A DNA stretch of 60,678 nt, filler included, from Sphacelaria rigidula (GCA_964200075.2; 7 parts of 7 records of this genome joined end to end with filler, not necessarily neighbours in it), one strand, 5' to 3'; positions 22,646 through 35,811 are shown, numbered from the whole stretch's first letter. A program made the numbers and translations. The notes: generated by a model from the letters alone, not told the origin.

Positions 22646-23851
22646 TTAGGATCAGGGATTCTCGGACTTCTCGGACTCTGCGTTTAGACTTACCCGTTGG
22701 GGACGATCTGTTGTACCACTGGTGAGTATCGTGTGCTGTGTGAGCTATCATGCGTTCATACTTGTCAGACTCAGTAATATTACAACATGGCAGCTACCAC
22801 TCTGAATCCGATACTCGCCAGCTATCAACCTGGTATTGAAAATAGAAGAAGTCTCTCGTCGTCTACCGTCGATCCCTTATTCCCCCATCATCGCGCCCCT
22901 TGCCACCGCGGCATCTTTGTCATGGTGGCCGCCGATATGGCCGTTTTTATCGTTGTCGTTACCGCGCGTGTCGTCCATCTTCGCTTCCATCGCCTGTCGG
23001 CGTACACCAGCTGTGGACCGTTTCAGCACAGCAGCAGTACAGCTCACTCCTCAAACACGACGTACTGTGGGAGCAGTGCGTGAAGGCGGATTGGCTTGCG
23101 AGGTCGCAGAGATGAAGAAAGGAAATAGTGTCGCACGACTTTGCTGTGTCACGGTACGGTGGCCAACAATAACGGATCGTGGGGGGGTCGAGGTGTTTGT
23201 ATGTGTATGTATGACAAGGACCGATGCTGTTGGCACACGATACGGATCGGGGGGTTCCGTGGTTTTTGGCGAACTGATGTAAACTCCAGGGAGCTCGCGG
23301 GGAATTATAGTTTGGGTTCGTCCGCATACGCCGCACATGATAAAGATAGGGTCTCTTTCGTTCATTCTACACTCTCATACCCGAGGTCGTACACGTTTCA
23401 TCTCGAGCTCATATTAGGGGTAAAATATTGTTAGGCCCACAAAATTTGGCAATCTTTTTCTACATTTGATAGCGTTGTTCTTGACCATTCTTGGGCAAAA
23501 ATACTTGTTTGCTGGCCGAAATAAAAACTGCGGCCACCGGACAACGTGAAGATGTCCGGGAACCTTCTCATCGAGTAGAGTGAGTCATTCCAAGTAGGTG
23601 TCAAGCTCTGCGTATAGTACCTCAAGTTCAAAGTCGCTTGGGTTGTTTTGGGTTTGTTCTCGCGTACTAATCTTCGATAGATCTCGAAAGTGCCAGCGTC
23701 GTCGGTAGATTCTGGTGAAACGAACAGATCGTCCTCAAAACACAGTGCCCAAGTTATCAGTGCTGAGTCGGTGTTTTCGGGCGATACGAGTAGATACCCT
23801 GTTTATCATGATGATGGTGTTATTGACCGTGCAACAGAGTTTTTCGGCTCT

Positions 23852-25673
23852 AGTGCAATGACTAGATAAAATTTCAAGAAAAAACACATGTTTCCACAAA
23901 TACGATCGGGACAGGCGCGATCGACCGAAATACCGAAGAGTCAGAATCTGGGGCTGAAAAGTGGTAGGGCCCCGATGACCGATCAGCCCGTAAGTCACTC
24001 AATATTGAATACGGGTGTTTTTTGTATTGGGATGTGGAACGGATACGAGTATATTCAGATCCCCAATGCGATGAGCGGTGGCGAGCGCAAAAACGTGAGA
24101 AAATCTCCAATCACGAAGAAATTGGCAAATAAATATTAGCCGATGATCGACATCGAGGATGGAGCTTTTCATTGAGGATGAGAACCCGGAGGATTAAAAT
24201 CTTCGTATCCACGCCAAATCTTCGAAATATGGTTCCATTCCTTCGGCAACCGAGATGTTGGGGTCCTGTATGAAGAAACACTATTGTTGGGGAATTTCGC
24301 CGATCGGATGGGACTACTGGTAAGTACTCAAGGCACACGACACAGAATGTGATCCCCTGAATGTAATCATGATAGATAGGTGATGCGCTTGGCGGGGTGC
24401 GGCGTGTCCGTCATATCAGCGGTCTCCCTACCAAGGATCTCTGTACTCGGCAGCTGACCGCATCCGGCAACGCCTCGGCTATAAACGAGAGGACAGTAGG
24501 CTGGGTGTTCATCCCCCCCTCCCCGTCGTTTGATGCATTAAACAGTAGCGAGAAAACGATGGGTGTACTAGGAGATAGATGGTGGCCACAGACGGCGAAA
24601 CAAGACGGGGATAAGATACGGAAAAACGTTTCTGTGCAATGTATTGAAGAAACATAATGAGCGCTGGAATGTTGGAGGTGATTCTATTAAGGGTAGGAAC
24701 GGTGCTCCGTCTCGAAAGGGATGTGCGGTCAATGGTCAAATGATCAAGGCAAGTAATAAACCAGTACGCCCCTCCCCCGTGCTGCTCCCCCTCAGAAACT
24801 CAACTGTTCGATCTTGGGGCCTACCCCGTGTCCCGAAATCGTTTTTCGACACACTGCTGAGGCTGCTCCTCATGGAGAACGAAAAACCCCCTGTTAAAAT
24901 GCAAATGCATTTTTGGTCCTTCTTCGTCGTTTCACGCTCTGATAGTGTGCTACAAGACCTCGAGTTTAAAGTGGGGTATTTAACAGCCGATGATCGAAAT
25001 TGAAGATGGAGCTTTTCATTGAGGATGAGAACCCGGATAATTAAAGTCGTCGTATCTACACTCCTGCTGGATCTTCAAAATATAGCACCATTCCTTCACC
25101 CAATGGTAGCTAGTGACAACTGCTACACGCCCTACAAATTAGGATCTCGGCAACAGAAATAGATATTGGGGTCCCCAAGGTGAAGAATCAATTTCAGGAA
25201 ATTTCGGCGATCCGATCGGATCGGCGAAATTCCCCAATATTGTTTCTTCATACAGGACCCCAACATCTCGGTTGCCGAAAGAATGGAACCATATTTCGAA
25301 GATTTGGCGTGGATACGAAGATTTTAATCCTCCGGGTTCTCATCCTCAATGAAAAGCTCCATCCTCGATGTCGATCATCGGCTAATATTTATTTGGCAAT
25401 TTCTTCGTGATTGGAGATTTTCTCACGTTCTTGCGCTCGCCACCGCTCATCGCATTGGGGATCTGAATATATATGCTAGTATCCGCTCCACATCCCAATA
25501 CAAAAAACACCCGTATTCAATATTGAGTGACTTACGGGCTGATCGGTCATCGGGGCCCTACCACTTTTCAGCCCCAGATTCTGACTCCTCGGTATTTCGG
25601 TCGATCGCGCCTGTCCCGATCGTATTTGTGGAAACATGTGTTTTTTCCTGAAATTTTACCTACTCATCGCACT
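23852..25673. mobile_element. Large inverted-repeat structure with ~460-bp near-identical arms
   Basis: 23852-24309 is the reverse complement of 25212-25673. The ORF track shows the same peptides on opposite strands. Spacer is ~900 bp. Confidence 0.85.
24527..24768 (+). mobile_element. 5'-truncated LINE 3' end with C-rich TSD
   Basis: SSEKTMGVLGDRWWPQTAKQDGDK plus tail, same family as 42680-43314. Flanked by cccctccccgt and cccctcccccgt. Confidence 0.85.
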
Positions 25674-27096
25674 GTGTGTGTTGTCGTCCCATCTATTCTG
25701 GACGCCGGTCTACACCTTGCTGCGGTATGTGAGCGCACCAGCCGGGATCACACAGAAGGAAGGTCAACACAGGAGCGTTTTCTTCTTCATCTGTTTTCAG
25801 TACCCCACCTTCCTACTGCGGTGCTTGCCTTCATTTTTTCTCGCGAGAGGGGGCCATCAGTCCCTTCTCCTCGTCGACCGTTGAGTCGAATTTTGTGTCC
25901 CCACGACATAGTCGCTCTCCACTGTTGGGCATGGTGTGAGAAAAAAGATNNNNNNNNNNNNNNNNNNNNNNNNNNNNNNNNNNNNNNNNNNNNTTAATTA
26001 ATTAANNNNNNNNNNNNNNNNNNNNNNNNNNNNNNNNNNNNNNNNNNNNAAACGTCCAAAATTGGTCAATATTGGGGTATACGTGGACCAAAAGTGGGTC
26101 AAAATGGGCGTATTTTGACGTCATTTTAGTATGGACTACTAACTTTTTTTTATTTATTTTTTTTGCATCCGCTTCGTCTACGCGTCAGCTTTCAAACGAA
26201 CCTAACTATAGGTTGATCAGAAAAGTATGAACGCCCAAACTTTTACACGCCCATAACCGACTAGACTTATGGGACAGAGGAAGTATTGAATGAATGAAAC
26301 TTCACCAACGGCGTACGTTTTCGCTGATGAGCCTCCATTGCTTCGAATCTTCAAAGAGGTTCAGCGTGAGGCAGGGAAGAGAAACAAATTGTTCCGTGGG
26401 GGCACGCCGCGTAACTTTCTCGGTACGGCGGAATCGACACGACCCGGGCACAGTTAATGTAAGGTATGACGATAGTGCCCCGCAGACCCACGCGCCACGG
26501 AGGATCTCGACAGCTTCTGATTCCGGAATGGGTCGGAGATCATAACAAGAGAAGCATGACTGTTTTTCTATTTTTTCCAGGTAAGGGTGAGGGTAAAACA
26601 GTGCTATGTTGGTATTTGTCATTACTTCTCGAAGCGTGTTACGAACTCAGAACCAACCTCGATGCTGGCGTGCCCGGGGTATCCGGACGTTGATATGCAC
26701 TGAACGGTGTCTTCAATCTTCTCGTCGCCCTTTAGCTCAGTTGCCTCCCATTCAGTACCATCCTGGTAGCGGCGGAATAAGAAAAGCAAACAACAGTGCG
26801 AAGAACCGGAATAAGTCTTTTGCGTGAGCCGTTGTGTCCCGGCGGTTAATTTTGTACACCTCGAAGTCGAGTAGCGTACAGATACATATAGGGTTACGGT
26901 TAAACTTCCAGCAGATACGAGCTGAGCATGTCACACCATAACGATCAGGTTTACCGAATCAGCCCGACTTGAGTATATCAGTGTGACCTGCAGACCAACG
27001 TGGCAACACACGGGACCGCCGCTGAATGAAGGAAAAAATGGAAAAAATATATATTGCATAATGTATCACCTAACCGACGGAACAAGAAAAAATGAA

Positions 27097-27160
27097 TCTG
27101 TCGGGATTCGAACTCGTGACCTCCGTAACTGGAGTCAACTGCATCACTTGGATTGAAGGA
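27097..27160 (-). other. Degenerate tRNA-like sequence (pseudo-tRNA or SINE head)
   Basis: Minus strand ...ggaggtcacgagttcgaatcccgacaga has a T-arm/B-box. D-arm and acceptor stem are not intact. Confidence 0.45.
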
Positions 27161-27441
27161 CCGCAGCCGTGCCACACGAAAAGCTGGATGCTGCGCCACA
27201 TTTCTGGAACTTTTGGCCGAAACTATCCCAGGATCTCCACACAAGGACGCAGAACTACACTAGGGATGCCCCCGTATTTCATTATTTTCACGGAGTTATA
27301 GCATTTTTCTACTTGTTGCAGAAATTTCAAATCGCTCCAACTTTCTGTTTTTCTGTTCTTGGCATCCCCGAGAAGCTTGTCAGCGCCCAACGCTTCGGAT
27401 TACACACAGCCCCGCCCAGATACATTCGTCAATCACTGTCA

Positions 27442-30003
27442 GCTGGCCCAGCTCGTACAGAACATTCTTATTTCCGGAGAGTACAACGAGCTGGGCCAGC
27501 CGAGAAGCGATTCTGTAGTTTGCAGGCCCATTATACAGCCAATACTTAGAGTCGGACTCTGAAATTTGGTATGGACAATGAATAGGGCATAATAAAAAAA
27601 TTACCAGTGCACATGAGGGTTTTTTTTTTTCCCCATGAATGAGGGGCAATTTACCGATATCTGAAAACTGATTATTGCCCCCAACTCATGAAAAAAAAAA
27701 CTTGTGTGCACTGGTGATATATTCATCATACCCTATTCGTTGTCCATACCAAATTACAGGGTCTAACTCCAAGTATTGGCCGCATAATGGGCCGTTTAGT
27801 GACGGGGTCAGAAGAAATTCGGAACAGTATTTTGCAGGCCACTTAGCGGCCCACGTTTGGTGTTCGTGTATTGAAACTTTGTGTATGCCGTGGCTAGGGC
27901 ATAAATTAACGAAACAAAGTGGGTCAAGTCCGGTTGATTTCTTCTTATTTTTTCACTCGTTTAGGGTGTTTTCGTATGGAAACCGTCGTTGTGTTCCAGA
28001 ACGCCCGAACCTTTCCGAAAAAAAAATGAGGGCCTATTATTTTTTCAGCATACCTCTGTGATTCTTCATCCTGAGTTTCAAATTACAGTTCTAAAACTTG
28101 AGCCAAAAAATTGAGACGAGGTCCAAAAGCAGAGTCCATTTCTCCTCAACACTGCCCCTAGAACGCGAAAAACATGAAAAAAAAAACGAAAAAAAATGAA
28201 AAACCTGTCTTTATAAGCTTTACTATGCACTCGCGGTTCTCGATACGAAATTTCATAGCATAACTCTCAAAAACTGAGACGCGATATCCAGGTTTAGCTA
28301 ATCTAGAGCATATGCTCGCAATATACTGATTTTAGTATAGAAACTTATGTGCGCCATATCTCGAGATAGATTACGGATTAGGTGAAGGTGGGGATATATA
28401 TCGTCTCCCCGTGCTCCAGGGAATGTCCACACAAAATTCGTCGTCATCCGCTGAATGCATCTATCGGGGGTTTCATAGAGATTCTAGTATAGACGCTTTC
28501 TCCCTCACGTATAGGAATCACTAGAGATGGGGTTGAATCAACGAGAAAATATGGGGCCAATATTTTGAGCAGATAGGCACCTTCCCCTTGGTTAGACGAT
28601 TAACCCCTTCGGAACCCACTGACGATTTTTGTTTTCATGAATCAGCATCATTTTGACTTGAAAGTTACTGAAAATGATGCCGATTCACAAAACAAAAATC
28701 GTCAATGGGTTCCAAAAGGGTTAATACAATGTGCGGATCATGGCCCAACTCGTCCGTGTCGACGAGATATTGCTTTGAGAGCTTAAATCCGTGTCTAGGC
28801 TGGCCCAGCTCGTACATGCGGATTTGTACTTTGCAGGCGAATTCGCAATTTTTTTCCTGGAGTTGGAAAGTGAGATTTGGTATGGACAATCAATAGGGCA
28901 TGAAGAAGAGCTGTCTGTGAGGTCCCAGCGATTTTTTTTTTCGTGAGTTAAGGGCATTTTACTAAAACCATCAAACTGATTTTCGCCCTCAACTCACGAA
29001 AAAAAAATATCACTGGGATCTCACAGGCAGCTTTTCTTCGTGCCCTGTTGATTGTCCATACCAAATCTCGCTTTCCAACTCCAAGAAAAAAAATGCAATT
29101 TCACATTTGAAAAACCGAGGCGGCGGAAATTCGGAACAGTATTTTGCAGACCATTTATCGGCCCACGTTTGGTGCTTGTGGGTTGGAACTTTGTGCAGGA
29201 CCTTACTAGGTCGTGATGAACGAAGAAAAATGGGTGAGGTTGGGTTCTATTACTTTTTTCACTGATTGAGGGCGTTCGAGTATGGTAACGATGATTCTTT
29301 CACGAGAACGCCCGAACCCCTCATGAAAAAAAAATGAAGGCTCAGTTGTTTTTACTCTGCATACCTCTGTCGTTCTCCATGCCAAGTTTTAAATCACAAT
29401 TCTAAAAATTGAGCTAAAAAATTGAGTTAAGGCCCAACAGCAATGTTCATTTCTCCTCAAAACTCCTCTAACAACACAAAAAAAATGAGAAAAAAACGAA
29501 AAAAAAAAACGGAAAAGCTGTGTTTTATATTTCGTTATGCGCTAGCGGTTCTCCATACCAAATTTCATAGCACAGCTCTCAAAAACTGAGACACGATATC
29601 CAGATTTACGTCATCTAGTGCTTGTGCTCGTAATATACTGATTTTACTATCGAACCTTATGTGCGCCATTTCTCGAGATAGATAACGAATTAGGTGAAAG
29701 TGAGGGTATCTATCGTCTCCCCGTGCTCCAGGGAAGGTCCACACCAAAAATCGTCATCACCCGCTTGATCGATCGTTCGGGGTTTCATATAGATTTTAGT
29801 GTGGACGCTATCTCCGCGAGGTATAGGAATTACTATACATGGGGTTTACTCGACGAGAAAATATGCGCCCAAACCTTTGAGCAGATGGGCACCTTCCCCT
29901 TGATTACACGATTAATACGATATGCGGATCACGGCCCAACTCGTCTGTGTCGTTGAGATATCGCTTTGAGAGCTTAAATCCGTTTTTAGGCTGGCCCAGC
30001 TCC
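27442..30003. repeat. Tandem array of two diverged ~1.2-1.35-kb units, each with an internal hairpin
   Basis: Unit motif gctggcccagctc at ~27442, 28799 and 29990. ~27810-28600 is homologous to ~29125-29915. Inverted arms at ~27523-27649/27675-27793 and ~28848-28956/28985-29093. Confidence 0.8.
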
Positions 30004-30035
30004 GGAGGGCGTGAAAAATGACTATTTTCCCTTAA

Positions 30036-30617
30036 TGTCATGAAGAAGGAAGATAGAGAGGCGTTATTTGTTCCCACAGACAACTCTGGGGCAGGTTGGC
30101 TTACAGATCATCCGATCTGTCCACGGGGAATGCTCCTATAGCTCTGGGAAGATTGGTGTACAGACTGGTCTACCCTAGCTCGGGGAGATTAGTGCACAGA
30201 CTGGCGTACCCTAGCTGGGGAAGAGTAGTGTACAGATTGGTGTGCCCTAGTCCCGGGGAGGCGAAACGCCTTCCCGGGCCGAGTTCAAGAATAGGTTGCT
30301 CTATCGTGCCTCATGCACCCCTCGCTCACTCTTGAGCTACCCTTCGAGCCAGACCATCTGCTCCTACTGTTTACCATTGGTGAGAACAGTGTGCTGGGCG
30401 ATCAAGGGAATAACCAGTGAGAGTTAAAAAGATATCAAGCCTTTGAGCTCCCTTTGTTTGTTGCTACTGTGACCAACAGTCACGTGAATCTGCACGTGTG
30501 CATTTGCAGCTTGTTATACTCGGACACCCAGCGCGTTTGCGCACTTACCCAAGCTTGCAGCACATTGATCATAGCTAGGAAGGTGTGGAACCTGTCTATA
30601 CCTTTCTCTGTATCACA
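30036..30617. mobile_element. Probable solo LTR (582 bp)
   Basis: TGTCA...TCACA termini flanked by TTAA on both sides. Internal ~36-bp tandem repeat, three copies, at 30140-30255. Confidence 0.6.
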
Positions 30618-30784
30618 TTAACCCTTTTGGAATAATTAAAAATAAAGAAGAAAGAAAGGACCAGAAAAAGACAGGAGCAACGGCCTCAGACAGGAAAGAA
30701 AGGGGGTAGCGATAATAACAACAAAAAAACACCACCACCACCACCAAGCATCAAGAACAACAACAAAATAACGACGAACACATA

Positions 30785-31774
30785 CTTCCTCTGTCACATA
30801 AGTTAGGACCGAATTTCGGCGCAGATCGTATTTTTTCAACGGAGGCGCCTACGATGCTATAATTAGTTTCATCGGAAAGATATTTTTTTACAGCTGATTG
30901 ATGCAAAAAAAAAAAATGATTTGCAATTTTATTACATCTCAAAGTATGGGCCAAAAAGTCCCCAAAATTGGCCAATTTCGGCTACATTTCGAGGATTTTT
31001 TCGAGATTTTTTTCAAGAATAGTCCAACAATCATCATTACGCCCCAGCCACCTGCACACATTAGTAGTGCAGCAGGACGGGGCGAGCCCCCACACGGGCA
31101 AAGGGAACCCAGAGATTCTTAACTCGGCGGGAATGGGGAGGGGATGGTTGGTAGAGCTTGTCACGTAGCCTTCTCAATCGTCTGACTCGAACATCAACGA
31201 CTTAGGCTCCTTTGTGTCCCTGAAGTCAAGGATGTGGGGGATGAACGCCAGTTCGAACGACGAGTTAGTGGAGACCATCTTCAAGGAGTACGAAGACTAC
31301 GACAGCGATACGTTAGAACGGGTGTAGCAAAGCCTCTTCAAGGTTTACAACCAAACACTCCGTAAGCTAGGGGATAACGACTTTAGTGTAGAGCACACCG
31401 GGGCATCCGCGCGGCAGAGGGCGGGAACGTTGGAAAGGACAGTCAAGTACGATAAGGAGGCCTTCACAAAGGCTTGGGACTATCTGGCATCAAGCACGAG
31501 TGATGGAGAGGATGATTAACGATTTTTTTTCCCCATATTTTTTTCCTTTTTCGGCACTTGTTTGTTCGTGGAAAAGGGGTAAAAAACGGCCTTTTTTGGG
31601 CCGACATCTTTTTTCTGGCCGCTACTCCACCTGGATTGATGCGAATTGAAAAAAAAACACATTGTATTTGACTCAAAAAAGGACAAGGAATTCAATAAAA
31701 GAAACGAAAACAGCATCGGAGACCGTTCAGGACGTCTGTGAAAAATTCGGTTCTAACGCATGTGACAGAGGAAG
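30785..31774 (+). mobile_element. Internally deleted Tc1/mariner element (plant-mariner/Stowaway type)
   Basis: TA|CTTCCTCTGTCACA...TGTGACAGAGGAAG|TA, ~32-bp TIRs with TA TSD. Contains a transposase remnant. Confidence 0.9.
31061..31519 (+). pseudogene. Mariner transposase C-terminal remnant
   Basis: LVVQQDGASPH...LVT*PSQSSDSNINDLGSFVSLKS...LERV*QSLFKVYNQTLRKLGDNDFSVEHTG. In-frame stops at 31166-31168 and 31325-31327. Confidence 0.88.
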
Positions 31775-32807
31775 TAAAGAAACACAAACACAAGCACGAG
31801 CAACACAGAAAGATGATGATCGCGCATTACGGAGCTGCTTGCAACACTCCAGCTCGTGATCAGAGAAAAAAAAAAGAGAAAGATGAAAAAAAGAAAAACA
31901 CTCACGGTCTGCCGATTCCTTGTGTCGTCAGTGATACTGTAAGCTGTCGGAAACAAAAGAGAGATACCACGGAAACTGCTTCAGGGTTTGCTTCGAAGCA
32001 CACGTAGTCACATCGACTGTGCGGTGTGATGGGGACCGAAGTTTGGTGGGCAATAATGAAGGGTTAGGGACGGAAAACATCATCTGATGTTCCTCCAGCA
32101 TGCAACACTTGGAACCACTGTTCTGCGACATGGAGGATGGATTACGTGTTCCATCTTTATCACGTACCCGCCCCCCACCACCATGACCACAGAACATATA
32201 CATATCGGACCCCAGGAACTCGGTTATCGGATTTCAATCTTGTATGGCATGCAGAAATTGGTGACAGCTATCGGCACGTGAAGGAATGCAGGCATATATA
32301 TATATAAAAAATGGTCCACATATATGAAGATTGTAATAAACCGACTTATCATCGTCAATGAAAACCTTTGTCCTCAATTTTCACGATCGGTTGTTATCAC
32401 ACCAAATATTCGTGGCGGTTCGCCCGCTGTGCAGAGCGTTATGAACGCCGCCTCACGACTGCAGTCCACGCGCGTGTGGTGGCCGTGTTGCACAGTATTC
32501 CATAAGGTTCTCTGCAACACAGCGTCTTGATAATCATTTTCGCTTTATTCGTCGTTCGTCCCACTATTATTTTAGTATCACGCATTATCTTGAGATACAG
32601 CAGGCGATTCGCCCAAGGGTGTCGCCGGACGACCCGCCGTAGACGTCTGCGCACAAGGGCGCACTGCATCAGGCACTCTACAACGCCCCCATCAACCCTA
32701 TGCATGGGTTATAACTTCCGTCCGCTGAAGATACCTCCCATGGTTACTTATATACCTACGCAACTCATCTGCAAGAAACATGTCTACGACTTTCGATACA
32801 GGTGCAA

Positions 32808-34632
32808 TCAAAACGCGAATTCGTCGTCGTAGTCTTTGCCCGCTTCCGATGCCGAATTCTCTTCCTCTGAGTCGCTACACTCGGAGTCTGAATCTCCAAG
32901 CCAGATCCCGGCTGAATGCTTTGATCCGCCCTCTGGCGGACCATCTAGACCGCCGTCGCAACAACTACGACGGGTAGGATCTGGTCCCGGATCCGATTTC
33001 CCTCCCGCTACACTCGCCATCCTCTCACCATCTCGTCGGCAGCACTCCTCACCACGACTACTATGAACACCTTCCCCCGGGGCCTTCCTCGCTCCATTCG
33101 CCTGCCCCCCGCCACGCAACGCCGCTGACCCGCCCCTTACGACGTCGGCGGGACGTATCGACATTTCCTCCGGCGGAATCACCTGTAGCAGTAGCGTCGG
33201 CCGCTGGGTCAGGGGGTGGCGGCAAAAAGAAGCGGCCCTGGCAACCGCAGCTCAGCGTACAATTCCCCAAACGTCTGCAATCTCGGCACCGGTGATGTCT
33301 TTGCGCCGCCCTTCCCGGCTTGCACGCGCATCGCAGGGTTCGCACAATCCCGGATGTATCGACATGCGTGTGGCTTGACAAGTATACAACTATGTTGTCC
33401 CGTGTAAGCTTCATCGCTCCTCTGCTCGCCGCCTTTACCCCACCCTTGTGGTGAGTCTTTTTTTCTGGTCCAACGTCCCATCCGCGCCCGTTGAAGTTCA
33501 CTGTGGGCGTGCTCATCCCAAAGCGCCCCCCCCAGTATTCCAATACTGCGTCGGCCTTATCCACGTGCTTCTGGCAGGCGTCCAAGTCCGGGCAGCACCG
33601 GGAAGGCATGTGCCCATGTACTGTGGTGATGCACAGGCGAATCTTGTTCACGAAAGACTCCAGATTCTGCCCGGTCGTGGTGAAGAGATGTCCAGGATCC
33701 GCGGCGACTTGCGCAAATGCGTTTTTGTACCTCAAGAAAAAGATCGTGGCCAGTAGCTTGACCCCCTCGTCCACCTCCACCCTCGCCTTACCCTCGTCGA
33801 TCACCACTATCGCTTTCGTGAACAGATTCCGCGTTCTTAGTGCCTTCATAACGAATTCCCACATCTTGGGGAAGGGAATCCCGGATACACGCGGCAGGAA
33901 GTCGGGGCCAGCCAAAAAATAGGTGAAAACGAACAGCGCCACCTTTACAGGATGCGTCAGCCAATCATACAGTCCGTCGGGAGGCCACGCACTTTCGCTC
34001 CCGTCCCTCGGAGTAACGATGGTGCTGTACACCCTGTTCACCAGTATGTACCGGGGGCCTCCGTTCACAATGCGTTTGGCAGTTACCTGCACCGTGTTGG
34101 AGCCTTGTGACTCGATATGCCCGCAGGACATGGCCAACAGGACAAGTATACACTGATCAGTATCAGTGGAAGTCACGAGCCATTTCTTCAAATGCTTCTA
34201 AGATAACGTCCCGGAGTGAATGATGAAGTGCACTGCGGACATCTGCCCCTCACCCATGCCGGGTCCGACTGCGCTATGGATGCTCCGGTCACGCCCCTTG
34301 CCATCACGCCGCCACAACAGATGGGGTTGCAAGTCATCAATTGAACGGTGCCCCCCCCCGCACGTGGTGAATATGGTTCTGCTGCCGCCAATAAGTCCAC
34401 GCTCCCGCTCTCTAATGACGCCGCGAGAGACGAAGGTGGAGTCGTCCGGACCCCCCGTCGGCGCCGACACCAGCGCGTGGCGCCATCCTCGGCGCCGCCG
34501 CCGCCTCACCTGTTCCCCTGCCTGTCACCACCTCAAGATATGTCCGCGGGGGCGCCCTTGCCAGATCGCTGCAATCGACACCTCCGCCAGCCGCAGCTGC
34601 AGCTGCCGCCGTCCCCCCCCCCCCCCGACCGA
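32808..34632 (-). pseudogene. XPG/FEN1-like nuclease plus Cys-cluster ORF, C-terminal part of an AcademX-type DNA transposon protein (decayed, cut by contig end)
   Basis: GEGQM..VHF (34198-34509) is in frame, across one TAG, with LVTSTDTD, LAGPDFLP..SGI, CPD...CQKHVDKA....EYW...P...GRGW and CACK..CRDC...GNCTLSCGC (33061-34191). Frameshifted acidic tail. No introns. Confidence 0.7.
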
Positions 34633-34797
34633 NNNNNNNNNNNNNNNNNNNNNNNNNNNNNNNNNNNNNNNNNNNNTTAATTAATTAANNNNNNNNNNNN
34701 NNNNNNNNNNNNNNNNNNNNNNNNNNNNNNNNAAAAAAAATAAATCAGACCGCCTTGCTGCACCCGCGCCCACCCCACCCCGCTCCGAGGGGATGGT

Positions 34798-34841
<44 letters not shown>

Positions 34842-35005
34842 CGAGTCATACCGAACAAAACATACATGAGCCAGATACATACAGTACACATGCGCATTTT
34901 GACAACCACGACAAGATTGTGTGGCAAAGGAAGGACACATGACTACCTCAACAAAATCTCATCTCGTCGTTCAGACATAGCGCAACCCATCATACTGCCG
35001 TACAA

Positions 35006-35041
35006 CGCACTCCACTGCACTGCACTGCACTGCACTGCACT
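35006..35041. repeat. (CACTG)n microsatellite; poly-G nearby at 34798-34841
   Basis: Directly visible in the sequence. Confidence 0.9.
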
Positions 35042-35811
35042 ATACTCTGCTACATTACACGTTCGTCGTGGCTGGCTGCACAGCAAAGCGCAGCGCATAA
35101 AACGCACGCGCGGAAATTGCGCGAGCGTACAGACTGTTGTGGTATTTTTTCCATCCTCTCAAACATTTTCTTCATGGGCGGCCCCCGCCTCCATCTCGGG
35201 GCGGAGAACCAAGACCTCCCTCTCGATTCTGTCGACCACATACGACGCAAATACGTCCCCCTCACATCCTCAATCACTGAATTCCCCCTTCCCGCCTCCT
35301 CAGCTCAACAATAGACACACTCGGACACTATGGGTGGGTCACCAATTACAGTAACTTTAGCACTTCCACAAACAAGAACCGGATATGAACTATGCAGCCG
35401 CTACCAAAAAATACGCCATCTCAAACCAACACTACAAGCCAGTTGCACAGGAGGAAAAGGGTAGCAGAAATCTACTGGATATAAAACAAAAGCACCCTCG
35501 CAAATGATGACCAACCATACCAGTACAAAATATATATCACGCGCCACCAGTATGTAACTTGCAGATCACAACTGTCATCAACTTTTCTCTATAGCTGGCT
35601 CGACACACGTGTTCAGAGAGCAAAAACAGTAGTTCGCCTTCCCCCCGCCCCCCCGGCGCCCCTACTGCGCTGTATATACCCCAAAAACAAGACAGCACCA
35701 ACACCACTTTTGAAAAGGCAGAGGAAGCATCATATCCTACAAGTAATTCGCCGTGTTGTATCGAGTTCTGCTACAACCACTTCTCGAAAAATCAACAGAG
35801 TAGCCCCCCCC

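Noticed and set aside
27097-27160. Functional tRNA gene (also 17815-17885 and 57595-57668)
   Set aside because: Only B-box/T-arm similarity; no complete cloverleaf.
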